Shown piece by piece: positions 44,380-53,616 of a stretch of DNA of 64,000 bases (the stretch's first letter is position 1; each line of letters begins with the position of its first letter). This DNA comes from Candidatus Enterousia sp. Its GTDB lineage: Bacteria; Pseudomonadota; Alphaproteobacteria; Rs-D84. The DNA lies in NCBI GenBank assembly GCA_045617905.1, contig JAZLJO010000013.1:532-64531 (forward strand). Direction: 5' to 3'. Under the pieces are notes generated by a model. It did not search any database. It saw only the letters and a program-made list of their open reading frames with translations, and had not been told where the DNA came from. Made by a program: the position numbers and the translations under genes.

Positions 44380-45536
44380 AAATCGGATTAAAAGATACGG
44401 GAATTCATATCAATGATGTTCATCATTTAGATGACGCTGTTTGTGTATTGAAAAGCGTAGCAAACAAGTTAAATGCTCAACCTATCAAAATTCCAAAAAC
44501 GTTTTATGGAACGTTAGCAGAATTGGTTTCTGATGGGTTAATCACACCGCCTAGACTCGACGACAAAGGCGAGTTTATAAACACGCAGAGAGGCCATGTG
44601 CTGCGTGCTGCAAACGGAGAAATTGCGTACCTATATATACCAGATAAAGAAAATGCATATAAAAACCAAACAGATAGAAACAAGGTCCACATGTATTGGT
44701 GTAGAACTCTTGTTCAAATGTGGCAAGAAAACCATAAGGATCGATACTGGGGAACGACTGATGCCGAAGGGGTATTTGGTATGGAAAATGGTGCCAGAAT
44801 CAAGTTAAACGTTTGTCAGAATTGTTATCAATATATTGGAACATCAATATATGGCCCCTTAAATGATTTCGATTTTCAACGGTTTTCTGTTGATCATGCC
44901 AATAAAGGCAAGTTTTCGTATGGTAAAAAAACGTCCAACGAATCATACGTTTGGACGTGTTGTAAATGTGGAAAGACAATTCTTGATATAAATGAAGTAG
45001 AGATAAATAATTCGGAAACATATTGTTCTGATTGTTTTGATATAGAAAGTGTGTTTTTGCCGTTGGCAAAAGCAGAAAATATTTCTGATATTGATAATTG
45101 GGTTTCAAATACAAAAGATATCAATATTGTAGACCATAATGGGCAGAATGCACTTATGTATTTAGCTCAAAAGAATCCAAATGTTTCTCTAATACAAGCA
45201 ATGATTAAAAGATATCAATTTGATGTTAATGCAATAGACGAAAAAGGCAAAAATATTTTAATGTACTTGGTTGACCAACCAAAAACTAAAAACGAGGATC
45301 AACAATATAAAGCCTTATTACCTGTTATTAATATGTTAGCAAAACTTGGGGTAACTGTAAAGAGTCAGTCAGATAATGATCATAAAACAGCTATAGGATA
45401 TACTAAAAACTCGATTGTTCGTGATTATCTGTTATCTCAATATACTGCTGCGGGTGGGCATGTTCGTAGTAATAATCCGGTTAATACGGTATATGTAACA
45501 GATTCAAAAACAGGAATAATATCTCAACAGGAATGA
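44376..45536 (+). CDS. ZorE-like N-terminal region, Zn ribbon and ankyrin repeats
   Basis: KVHMYWCRTL..RY..LNVCQNC; CCKC...CSDC; DINIVDHNGQNALMY, DVNAIDEKGKNILMY; TTG start overlaps zorB stop. Confidence 0.65.
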   Translation: MKIGLKDTGIHINDVHHLDDAVCVLKSVANKLNAQPIKIPKTFYGTLAELVSDGLITPPRLDDKGEFINTQRGHVLRAANGEIAYLYIPDKENAYKNQTDRNKVHMYWCRTLVQMWQENHKDRYWGTTDAEGVFGMENGARIKLNVCQNCYQYIGTSIYGPLNDFDFQRFSVDHANKGKFSYGKKTSNESYVWTCCKCGKTILDINEVEINNSETYCSDCFDIESVFLPLAKAENISDIDNWVSNTKDINIVDHNGQNALMYLAQKNPNVSLIQAMIKRYQFDVNAIDEKGKNILMYLVDQPKTKNEDQQYKALLPVINMLAKLGVTVKSQSDNDHKTAIGYTKNSIVRDYLLSQYTAAGGHVRSNNPVNTVYVTDSKTGIISQQE

Positions 45537-45552
45537 CAGAAAGGAAACGTTT

Positions 45553-47622
45553 ATGTCAAATTTAACAAAATCTCAACAAGAATTTGTAAACAGCTCTAGC
45601 AAATTTATTCGTTTACTTGCACCAGCAGGTTGTGGTAAAACATTTTCAATAATTGAAAAAATTAAGAGTATTTGTGCACATAATTCCAAAGATAAAATCA
45701 GTGTTTTTACTTTTACTCGTGGTGCTGCAGAAGAAATTCGTGAACGTTGCGATAATGATACATGTGTAACAGTAAATACATTAAATAGTTGGGGAAATAA
45801 TTATATAAAATCTAACGTATTAAAAAATGCTCAGATTATTTCGACACCGAAAGATAGAAAATTCTGTTTGTTAAATCACTTACAACCAATTTGGGATAAA
45901 CCTGAATACCGTCAAACCTTTGGTAAATTGTTTACAAGCCGTTCCAAAACAAGATACAGCGAAACATTCTTGGAAATGATGGACGAATTCAAAAATATAG
46001 GGTTTGTACACTCATTGTTTACAAAAGATGAAAAGGCAGACAAAATTACCTATGAAAAACACGTAAACTTTATTAAAGAAGTCGGTTTGCAACGTTACTA
46101 TGAAGCTTTGACAGAAATTCTTAAACATGCCATAGGTGTAATTTGTATAGATGAAGCACAGACAACCGATTTTATGGTCAAAACCTGGATTCCTTTTTGG
46201 AAAGACTGTTGTGATCAAATGCAAGCCGCTGGTTTATACACACTTGATGATCAAAAATATTTAGCAAACATCGCGTTGCTTAAAAAAGTTGAGAAACGTG
46301 AAAAGTGGAACGGTACTGCTAAAATTGATTACATATTTGTTGACGAGTTTCAAGACACTAGCCCGCTTGATTTGATGTTAATATCTAATTTACAGCAGTT
46401 AAATGATGCAGGTTTGGTAATCGTAGGTGATGATGACCAGGCTATCTACGAGTTTCGTGGTGCGACGCCATACTTTATATTGCATCCAGATAAAATATTC
46501 GGTCAATTATTTACAACATATATTTTGGACGAGAATTTCAGATCTCCTGCTAACATAGTTGAAAAATCCATGGATTTAATATCAAATAACAAAAACAGAG
46601 TAGAAAAAAGAGTGTCTGCACATAACACAACCGATTCTGCGGAAATAAAACTTTTAACCTATTCAACGCAAGAGGAAATGATAGATCATGTTATCCGAGA
46701 TATTAACGACACTGTAAATTCTAAAGGAGAAACAGTCGCTGTGTTATCTCGGTTGAAAGCCAGTCTTTTGCCATACCAGGTTCTATTAACCAAGGAATCT
46801 GTACCATATTGTGTTAGTGATGACTTGGCGTTCTTTTTGACTGGGGCTGCAGAAAGCCTTAATCGAGTCATGGAAATAAAAAAGAAAAAAACAGAACCAA
46901 CTCGTGCGGATTTAATAGAATTAGTCTGCTTAGACAGTAAAAACGAAATATATAAAACACAAAAAGATACATTGACAAGACTGTTTTTAGCAAACAATGT
47001 AAAAAAAACTAATATTGAAGATGCATTACGTGCCATAGGTGAAAAATATCCAAAACAGTTTCAAAATCTTTTCACAGACGCTTTTATTACACATTTTATG
47101 AATGCAATGGATAAGTTTTTAAAGGCGGATAATGTGTACAATACACTCGAATGCATGTTGCGTGATTTTCAAGGATTAAAACAAAACTACAGCAGATCAC
47201 TGGAAGACTTGTATTATAGAGATCCGCCTCTTGCCAGCTTGTTGGATTTTGCTTCTAAATATGGCGATGATTACGAAAGCTTCCTTGAAGACTTTAATGC
47301 TGCGATAGCAACTGCCAGCTTGTCCAAAGATTCAAATGATAGATTGTTTGATACAGAACCAGCACGTGTGTTCTTGTCCACAGCATTACGTGTAAAAGGT
47401 CAACAGTTTGATAAAGTCATCATCTTAAATGTTGATGATGGAACTTGGCCAAAGTCTCAAGCTCAAACGAATGATGATGCATATGAAGCAGAACGTAGAT
47501 TGTTTTACGTTGCTACAACAAGATCAAAGAAAACTTTGCATTTGTATCGAGGAAACGAATATCATAATGAGAGTACAACAATATCGCCTTTCGTTTTGGA
47601 AGGAAATTACAATAAAAAATAA
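45553..47622 (+). CDS. UvrD/Rep (SF1A) helicase
   Basis: APAGCGKT, FTRGAA, VDEFQD, VGDDDQAIYEFRGA, ENFRS, ERRLFYVATTR. Confidence 0.92.
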   Translation: MSNLTKSQQEFVNSSSKFIRLLAPAGCGKTFSIIEKIKSICAHNSKDKISVFTFTRGAAEEIRERCDNDTCVTVNTLNSWGNNYIKSNVLKNAQIISTPKDRKFCLLNHLQPIWDKPEYRQTFGKLFTSRSKTRYSETFLEMMDEFKNIGFVHSLFTKDEKADKITYEKHVNFIKEVGLQRYYEALTEILKHAIGVICIDEAQTTDFMVKTWIPFWKDCCDQMQAAGLYTLDDQKYLANIALLKKVEKREKWNGTAKIDYIFVDEFQDTSPLDLMLISNLQQLNDAGLVIVGDDDQAIYEFRGATPYFILHPDKIFGQLFTTYILDENFRSPANIVEKSMDLISNNKNRVEKRVSAHNTTDSAEIKLLTYSTQEEMIDHVIRDINDTVNSKGETVAVLSRLKASLLPYQVLLTKESVPYCVSDDLAFFLTGAAESLNRVMEIKKKKTEPTRADLIELVCLDSKNEIYKTQKDTLTRLFLANNVKKTNIEDALRAIGEKYPKQFQNLFTDAFITHFMNAMDKFLKADNVYNTLECMLRDFQGLKQNYSRSLEDLYYRDPPLASLLDFASKYGDDYESFLEDFNAAIATASLSKDSNDRLFDTEPARVFLSTALRVKGQQFDKVIILNVDDGTWPKSQAQTNDDAYEAERRLFYVATTRSKKTLHLYRGNEYHNESTTISPFVLEGNYNKK

Positions 47623-47641
47623 ATGTGAGGGTATAAGATTA

Positions 47642-47850
47642 AACATTTCTGACAATAGTTAGGGATGTTCTGTTTTGGCTAAAGTGCTGGATGGTAAGTA
47701 CGAGATTTTTGGTATGTATTATGATCTGATACAAACTTATTAAAAAATTCACTGAATATATACTTTGCATAAAATCATGATGCAAGGTTGAATATTTATA
47801 ATTGATTATTTCTAGCAATCTGAAACAAATCATTAACATTAATTTTTAAT
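47642..47850. repeat. Diverged direct repeat, copy 2
   Basis: Colinear with 41699-41906; overlaps 3' end of serine recombinase. Confidence 0.7.
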
Positions 47851-49385
47851 CGCCCAGACAAGATTTGATTTATCTTGTCTGGATTCATATATGCAATGTC
47901 CAGGTATCTATAAAATTGTCGTGGTGATGTATGTAGTTTTGCAATGGTTACGTCCACATTTCCATCTTGCTCGTATAACTCTTTGTATCGCCAAGCTGTG
48001 GCGAAAGCCTTGACTATTAGGTGGTTGTTATCGGTAATGCTTAGTACACCGTTTTTACCGTGGTCGTATACTGTGTTAACGTATTTCCGTAGAAACACTT
48101 TTTCTGTAATTGTTATACAGTTATCACCTGTGATATATTCCATCTGTTGAGCATTTTGATTCGCATAATTATCAGATACAAACAGCTGTAATTTTTGTGT
48201 GTCTGTAGTAATCGTATAAATTAGTTGTTCTTGAGAATATACGACTTTTTCAATCAAACATCGAATAAAAGTTCGTTTTTGTGCATATGACATTTCTGTT
48301 ATATTGATGCGTTTTAATGTGCTGGATATGTCTATTGGCAAGGCGGACATATTACTGTTCAGAAAATCTGTTACTGTCTTAATCACAATGTTATCAATCT
48401 GTGGTGCGGGCAGATAAAATCCCTTGGTTGCGTAATAATGCATTTTCTTTTTACCTTTGCCACTGGTCATTTGATTGAAAAATTTAGTACCTTTATGATT
48501 AAACAATTTTCCGGTTAATATATTTGGAACACGCGTACTCGTTGATTTGTTATTGGAATTATTAGCCAGTGCAACTTGCACGCGTTCAAATAATTCTGGG
48601 GACACAATCGGTTCATGTTCTCCTTTGGCAAATGTGCCTTCTTTTTTGTTTTCGATCATTCCAATATATATTTTATCGCGTAATATTCGATGCATACTCA
48701 TTTTACTAATCGGATTACCACCACGTATTTGTCGTTTTGCTGTCTCCCATCGTTTACCAAATATACCATTTTGTTTTGCATATTCAGTTAAATCATTCAC
48801 AGATTGCAATTCCAGATATTTTTCAAACAGATGTCGTATTTGTGTGGCTTCGGTTGGATTTACTACCAACTTCTTATTTACCAGGTCATACCCTAAACGT
48901 GGTGCACCACCCATCCATAGGCCTTTGGCCTTTGATGCACGGATTTTATCCCGAGCGCGTTCACTTGATACTTCACGTTCAAATTGGGCGAATGATAGCA
49001 ACATGTTCAATGTTAGTTTACCCATTGATGTACTGGTATCAAATGATTGGGTAATGGACACAAAATTAGCACCGTATTTTTCGAAATACTTCATCATATT
49101 GTGGAAATCCAGGATTGAGCGCGATAATCGGTCAACCTTATAAACAACCACGGTATTAACCAAGCCATGCGCCATATCATCTAGCATTTGCTTTAACGCT
49201 GGTCGTTCCATAGTTCCACCTGATATAGCCGCATCACTGTATGTTTTATAATATTGCCAGCCATTAAACGCCTGTGAAGCAATATAAGCCTTACATGCTT
49301 CTTCTTGGTTTTGCAAAGAATTAAACTCTTGGTCAAGCCCATGTTCTGTTGATTTACGGGTGTAAATTGCACACTTAATTGTCAT
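47796..49385 (-). CDS. Large serine recombinase
   Basis: CAIYTRKS, SGGTMERPAL, VYKVDRLSRS, FAQFERE, GEHEPIVS. Confidence 0.93.
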   Translation of the reverse strand: MTIKCAIYTRKSTEHGLDQEFNSLQNQEEACKAYIASQAFNGWQYYKTYSDAAISGGTMERPALKQMLDDMAHGLVNTVVVYKVDRLSRSILDFHNMMKYFEKYGANFVSITQSFDTSTSMGKLTLNMLLSFAQFEREVSSERARDKIRASKAKGLWMGGAPRLGYDLVNKKLVVNPTEATQIRHLFEKYLELQSVNDLTEYAKQNGIFGKRWETAKRQIRGGNPISKMSMHRILRDKIYIGMIENKKEGTFAKGEHEPIVSPELFERVQVALANNSNNKSTSTRVPNILTGKLFNHKGTKFFNQMTSGKGKKKMHYYATKGFYLPAPQIDNIVIKTVTDFLNSNMSALPIDISSTLKRINITEMSYAQKRTFIRCLIEKVVYSQEQLIYTITTDTQKLQLFVSDNYANQNAQQMEYITGDNCITITEKVFLRKYVNTVYDHGKNGVLSITDNNHLIVKAFATAWRYKELYEQDGNVDVTIAKLHTSPRQFYRYLDIAYMNPDKINQILSGRLKINVNDLFQIARNNQL

Positions 49386-49812
49386 TGTTTACCTTTTTAT
49401 TTAATCCGAAAAAATCAGGTCCAGACACCTTAGAGCCTGTAATATCTTTTGCTATTGCAGATAATGTTTTGTATTTCTTATCTAGGTATGTAAAAGTATC
49501 ATCATCATCATTTTTTATTACTTTATGTTCTACTCCTCTAAAAGTTTTTATTATTGTAAAACCTGTGGGGATGTTATATTTGTGCTTTGTTACTTTGTTT
49601 AGGCATATATCAGGATTTTCTTTGTATTTCTTTATTTTAAGCATATATTTTGCTTCTATTTTTAATTTTTGCCGATCGCATTGTATGTAATACCAAAGTG
49701 CTTTGGTTTGACGTTTATATTCTGAATCTGGAACATATTTATTCCAAAGTGCCGATCGATCTGAAAAAGGTAAATTTTGTAGTTCTTTATAGCTATTTGG
49801 TAACTTTATCAT
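49375..49812 (-). CDS. DUF2924-like protein
   Basis: FRGVEHKV, YKTLSAIAKDITG..VSGPDFFGL; coupled to recombinase. Confidence 0.8.
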   Translation of the reverse strand: MIKLPNSYKELQNLPFSDRSALWNKYVPDSEYKRQTKALWYYIQCDRQKLKIEAKYMLKIKKYKENPDICLNKVTKHKYNIPTGFTIIKTFRGVEHKVIKNDDDDTFTYLDKKYKTLSAIAKDITGSKVSGPDFFGLNKKVNNDN

Positions 49813-49841
49813 AATTTGCCCCTTTATTTATAACCGGTGTC

Positions 49842-49872
49842 ATTACCGCTCTAAATAGCACAGAAGTCAAGT
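49842..49872 (-). promoter_or_regulatory. Repeated promoter motif, copy 1
   Basis: ACTTGACTTCTG-N5-TTTAGAGCGGTAAT; also at 50801-50831. Confidence 0.6.
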
Positions 49873-49937
49873 CATTAAATATTTATTGTCACATGTATTT
49901 TGCATATGTATAATACAAGATATATTTGGAGGTTTAT

Positions 49938-50573
49938 ATGACAAAAGGACTGGTGTATTTTGCGAGAAATTCTGCTTTTCAACATTTGACAAAAATAGGA
50001 AAAACCTCAAAATTAAATGTTGAAGAAAGAGGGTTGACGGCTAGTAATGTGCCGGAAGATTTTGATTATTTGGCGGTATTGCATTGTGATGATATGGATT
50101 CTATAGAATGCAAAATACACGAACAATTTAAAATGTTTCGTCATTATTCGGCGACAGGTAGAAAAACTGAATTTTTTTGGAGTGGTTGTATAGATGATGC
50201 GATTAAATATGCTAGAGATTTGAAAGGTGTGAGTGATATTACTGAAACCGAAACTGAAGAAATACCTGTAATAGTAAACGGAGAACAGCACACAGCTCGT
50301 CGTCCAAATACTACCTTTAAAATGATTGGTTTGGAAAAAGGGTGTAAAATTTTGTTAGATAACGATCCTAACAAAGTGGCAATTGTAGAAGATGATAAGA
50401 ATTTAATATCGTATAAAGACCAAGCGCCTCAACCCATTTCTAATGTTGTAAATCAGATCAAAGCTCCAGGAAGATATAACGGCTTTTTGTATTTTTATTA
50501 TAAAGGCAAACGATTGTTTGATATGCGGCCAGATATGCAGCAACCTGATGAATTGTGTTTATTTAACGATTAA
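49938..50573 (+). CDS. T5orf172/GIY-YIG-like domain protein
   Basis: GLVYF..KIGKT..R, SNVPEDF, IECKIH, TEFF. Confidence 0.75.
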   Translation: MTKGLVYFARNSAFQHLTKIGKTSKLNVEERGLTASNVPEDFDYLAVLHCDDMDSIECKIHEQFKMFRHYSATGRKTEFFWSGCIDDAIKYARDLKGVSDITETETEEIPVIVNGEQHTARRPNTTFKMIGLEKGCKILLDNDPNKVAIVEDDKNLISYKDQAPQPISNVVNQIKAPGRYNGFLYFYYKGKRLFDMRPDMQQPDELCLFND

Positions 50574-50574
50574 A

Positions 50575-50775
50575 TTAAACGCCTTCTTCTATATCGAACC
50601 ATGTTGATATTTTGATAACGACAGGGGTTCTTTTTGAACGTTTTAGTGTCTTTGCATACTCTGATAATTGTGCGGATAAATCACAGTTATTGAGTGCTTT
50701 AATGCATTCGACAATAAAGTCCGTATTAGTATGGTAATTATAAGTTTTTATAGTGATTTCAGGATATTTGATCAT
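50575..50775 (-). CDS. Small hypothetical protein
   Basis: AAGGAG RBS and repeated promoter motif upstream. Confidence 0.6.
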   Translation of the reverse strand: MIKYPEITIKTYNYHTNTDFIVECIKALNNCDLSAQLSEYAKTLKRSKRTPVVIKISTWFDIEEGV

Positions 50776-50800
50776 AATAACTCCTTTTTAAGGTTGTTTA

Positions 50801-50831
50801 ATTACCGCTCTAAAGGGGCCAGAAGTCAAGT
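50801..50831 (-). promoter_or_regulatory. Repeated promoter motif, copy 2
   Basis: 27 of 31 bases match 49842-49872. Confidence 0.6.
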
Positions 50832-50950
50832 TTTTATTTGTATAAATATTTAATATTGTGATATTGCAAAAACAATAACGCTATATGTAATATTTTAATA
50901 TTGTATTTTTTTTATTGACTTTTGTTTCGGGTTTGGTTATATTATATGAC

Positions 50951-51514
50951 ATGAAATATAAAAAATTAGAGTCTTTTTCGACAATAAAATCCGGATACGC
51001 CTTTCGTGGCGCCATTATGGATGAAACGGATGGGAAAACGATTGTAATTCAACCAAAGGATGTAATCTCTGGGTTTGACGGTGATTTTGTCCGTATCAAG
51101 TCGGCTTCTGTTTCTGAGCGTCATATTTTGGAACGCGGTTCTGTTCTTGTGACTAATCGTGGGGCGTTTTGTGCGTGTGTATTTAATGAGCGTTTCAAGG
51201 CGATCACAACAAGTGGGGTTTTCGTTATAATGTTGCAACATGATTCTGGTATAACACCAGAGTATCTTGCTCTGTATATCAATTCTGATGTTGGGCAACG
51301 TCAGATTGCGTCGAAACAAGAATCGATGACTGTGCCGGCTTTAACTATTAAGCAGATGCAAGAATTGGAAATACCGATTATTTCAATAGAAAAGCAAGAT
51401 TTGTTATCAAAAGCGTTTAACCTATCACAACGTTGCAAGGGTATTGTTTTAGAAATACAAAAACAAAATAAAAGTTTAATAAATCAAGTAATCAAAGGGG
51501 CAATAGATGGCTAA
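50951..51514 (+). CDS. Single-TRD HsdS-like protein
   Basis: SGYAFRG, PEYLALYINS, LEIPII..KQ; half the length of HsdS. Confidence 0.75.
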   Translation: MKYKKLESFSTIKSGYAFRGAIMDETDGKTIVIQPKDVISGFDGDFVRIKSASVSERHILERGSVLVTNRGAFCACVFNERFKAITTSGVFVIMLQHDSGITPEYLALYINSDVGQRQIASKQESMTVPALTIKQMQELEIPIISIEKQDLLSKAFNLSQRCKGIVLEIQKQNKSLINQVIKGAIDG

Positions 51515-53009
51515 AATTACACAGGATGAATTGAATAAATTATTGTGGGCGGCGGCCGACTCTGCACGGGGTACGGTTGATGGCGGCGTGTTCAAAGATT
51601 ATGTCTTGGCGCTGTTGTTCTATAAATATATGTCGGATATGCATCGTGTCGAGCGGGCAAAATTGGTCGAACGTTATGGCGATGATAAAGAACGTATAGA
51701 AATGCGTTTGAAAAATGCCCGTTTTGTGATGCCGGATGGTGCTAGCTTTTACGATGTTTACGCACAGCAGTCTGCCGATAATATTGGCGAAGTATTAAAC
51801 GTTGCATTGCAACAAATTGAAGATGCCAACGACGAAAAACTGCACGATATATTTACTGTTGATTTTAATTCTCAGGCAATTCTTGGTCCAACGGCTCAAC
51901 GTAACAAAATGATACGTGACCTATTAAATGATTTTAATAAGGCTGATTTAAGCGAAGTAGATGACGATATTCTTGGAAATGCATACATGTACATGATCGA
52001 GAAGTTCGGAACCGAAGCCGGTAAAAAGGCTGGGGAGTTCTTTTCGCCACGTACTTTGTGTAAATTGGTTGCTAAATTGGCAGAGCCCAAACCTGGTAAT
52101 CGTATATGTGATCCAACGTGCGGTTCTGGCGGGTTGTTATTACTGGCCGGTGCCGAAATAGAAAAAACAAGATCCAAGGATTATGCATTATATGGCCAAG
52201 AAAAAACAGGTGCAACATACAATTTGGCGCGTATGAACATGTTTTTGCATGGACTGGATTCGGCGCGTATTGAATGGGGTGATACGCTAAATAACCCTTT
52301 GTTGCGCGATGGTAATGGGTTGATGAAATTTGATGTTGTGGTTGCCAATCCGCCATTTTCATTGGATAAATGGGGCGATAAATCGCTAGAAAATGATAAA
52401 TACAATCGTTTCTGGCGCGGTATGCCCCCGGCCAGCAAGGGCGATTATGCATTTATATCCCACATGGTTGAAACGGCCAAAGCCAAAGAAGGACGCGTTG
52501 CAGTGATTGTTCCGCACGGTGTTTTATTCCGTGGTTCATCCGAAGGCCGTATTCGCAAAGCGCTTATAGAAGAAAATATTTTGGATGCGGTTATTGGTTT
52601 GCCGTCGGGACTGTTTCAGACAACTGGCATCCCGGTTGCAGTGTTGATTTTCGACAGAAGTCGTGAGCCAGGTGGTATCAACGAAAACCGTAAAAATGTT
52701 TTGTTTATTGATGCCAGCCGTGAATTTACAGCCGGCAAGAATCAAAATACATTGTCGGACGAAAATATTGCAAAAATCGTGGATACATATAAAAAACGCA
52801 GTGAAATTGAAAAATATTCACACGTGGCGACATTTGATGAAATCAAGGAAAACGATTTCAATCTGAATATTCCACGCTATGTTGATACATTCGAAGAAGA
52901 AGCACCTGTGGACATTCCGGCAACCCGCAAACGCATCGCCGAACTAACCGCCGAACTGTCCAAAACCACCGCAGAAATGGAAAAATATTTGAAAGAATTG
53001 GGGTTGTAA
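51507..53009 (+). CDS. hsdM: Type I RM methyltransferase subunit
   Basis: AGEFFSP, DPTCGSGG, ANPPFS, FNLNIPRYVD. Confidence 0.95.
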   Translation: MAKITQDELNKLLWAAADSARGTVDGGVFKDYVLALLFYKYMSDMHRVERAKLVERYGDDKERIEMRLKNARFVMPDGASFYDVYAQQSADNIGEVLNVALQQIEDANDEKLHDIFTVDFNSQAILGPTAQRNKMIRDLLNDFNKADLSEVDDDILGNAYMYMIEKFGTEAGKKAGEFFSPRTLCKLVAKLAEPKPGNRICDPTCGSGGLLLLAGAEIEKTRSKDYALYGQEKTGATYNLARMNMFLHGLDSARIEWGDTLNNPLLRDGNGLMKFDVVVANPPFSLDKWGDKSLENDKYNRFWRGMPPASKGDYAFISHMVETAKAKEGRVAVIVPHGVLFRGSSEGRIRKALIEENILDAVIGLPSGLFQTTGIPVAVLIFDRSREPGGINENRKNVLFIDASREFTAGKNQNTLSDENIAKIVDTYKKRSEIEKYSHVATFDEIKENDFNLNIPRYVDTFEEEAPVDIPATRKRIAELTAELSKTTAEMEKYLKELGL

Positions 53010-53019
53010 AGGATGAAAA

Positions 53020-53604
53020 ATGGCCTGTTTTAAAAATGATGCTTGGAAAAATTTTGATAATATTAAGTCTAAAAAATTTATTTGTTGGAATTGCAACAAT
53101 ATGGTTGCTAGTCAATACGGATATATGACAAAAAATGGATTAAGCCATATTTATATTTGCCCACATTGTAGAGCACCTCATGTTGAGGATGAAAACAATG
53201 TAGAAATCCCCGGTGTTTTGCCGGGTAAATCAATACAGAGATTGCCAAAAGAAATAGAAACAGTGTATGAAGAAACACGAAATTGTATTGCTGCTGGTGC
53301 ATACACTGCTACCGTTATGATTTTGCGTAAAATTTTGATGAATTTGGCTGTCGAAGAAGGCGCCAAGGAAGGCGATAGTTTTGCACATTATGTTGATTAT
53401 TTGTGCGAGAATGGTTTTGTGCATAGACGACAGCACGAACAAGCAAAAAGAATTCAACGTCTTGGCAATGATGTAAACCATAAAATTGAATCACGAACCA
53501 AAGAAGATGCGTTAGAATTATTAAATTTGGTTCAATTGATTTTGATAAATAATTATGAACAAGCGGATGAACTCGTTAAAAAGGAACCTGTAGTAGTGAT
53601 GTAA
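53020..53604 (+). CDS. DUF4145 (HEPN-like) protein with N-terminal Zn ribbon
   Basis: CWNC/CPHC, YEETRNC..AYTA..LRK, RLGNDVNH. Confidence 0.75.
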   Translation: MACFKNDAWKNFDNIKSKKFICWNCNNMVASQYGYMTKNGLSHIYICPHCRAPHVEDENNVEIPGVLPGKSIQRLPKEIETVYEETRNCIAAGAYTATVMILRKILMNLAVEEGAKEGDSFAHYVDYLCENGFVHRRQHEQAKRIQRLGNDVNHKIESRTKEDALELLNLVQLILINNYEQADELVKKEPVVVM

Positions 53605-53616
53605 AGAGGTATAGAA

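Noticed and set aside
45553-47622. Gabija system
   Set aside because: No adjacent OLD-family ATPase/TOPRIM GajA
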